Positions 63,605-64,000 of a DNA stretch of 64,000 nucleotides are shown in pieces (the stretch's first letter is position 1; every line of letters starts with the position of its first letter). The translations under genes and the position numbers were made by a program. The stretch lies in contig NC_086097.1 of NCBI RefSeq assembly GCF_963921235.1, positions 187,180,001-187,244,000 on the forward strand. The letters run 5' to 3'. Source of the DNA: Mobula hypostoma (lineage: Eukaryota). A model generated the notes under the pieces. It made no database searches and was not told the origin of the DNA. It saw only the letters and a program-made list of their open reading frames with translations.

Positions 63605-64000
63605 CTTCTTTTTCTTTTGTAATTTATTTTGTTATTGAATTTCATCATCAAACAAATATTTCCATAAGATGTATTTCAGATACTGTGCATATATATCATA
63701 TAATCATATTTGTCACAAATCTCCACATAATATTTATCTGAGGTATACACTTATAGAAAGGAGAGGAGAGAAAGAACAATCAAAAGAAGAAAACTATGTA
63801 CAGAGTAGGGAGTGATTTTTTTTAACAACATATTCATGACTCATGAGAATAAAATCAGGCCTGTGAGGTGCTATGTAGTTAAACCATTTTTTCCAGTATG
63901 AATAAAATTGTTCCAACTTATGATTAACAGATGCTGTTATCTTCTCCATTTTGTAAACGTCCATTGTAATTTCCATCCATACATTTAAATTTGGGCTCTC
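63605..64000 (-). mobile_element. L1 3' end (runs off the window)
   Basis: WMEITMDVYKMEKITA..FYSYWKKWFNYI (ORF2 C-terminus), then 3' UTR and an A-rich tail. Confidence 0.8.

Overview
This is eukaryotic, repeat-dense intergenic or intronic DNA, and I could not support any host protein-coding exon. The repeat mix (CR1, Rex1/Babar, fish-type L1, Penelope-like elements, HERO, Tc1/mariner, a V-SINE) suggests a cartilaginous fish, probably a ray; that is an inference. Highlights: (1) an apparently intact, full-length L1-clade LINE (18173-23994, both ORFs open, perfect 15-bp TSD). (2) About a dozen minimal type I hammerhead ribozyme motifs carried by Penelope-like element (PLE) termini. Several sit in ~190-290-bp fold-back mini-elements. 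The best one (39728-39956) has a hammerhead motif on each strand and a 12-bp TSD, and it splits the GIY-YIG motif of another PLE. (3) A young PLE with an open RT frame, an intact hammerhead and a 13-bp TSD but no endonuclease. (4) A Tc1 transposon four point changes away from a 340-aa DD34E transposase. (5) A YY1-headed, non-tRNA SINE-like element. (6) Deep nested insertions. Boundaries with a TSD or TIR were counted from the sequence; all others are approximate. Family names come from motif recognition, not from database searches.
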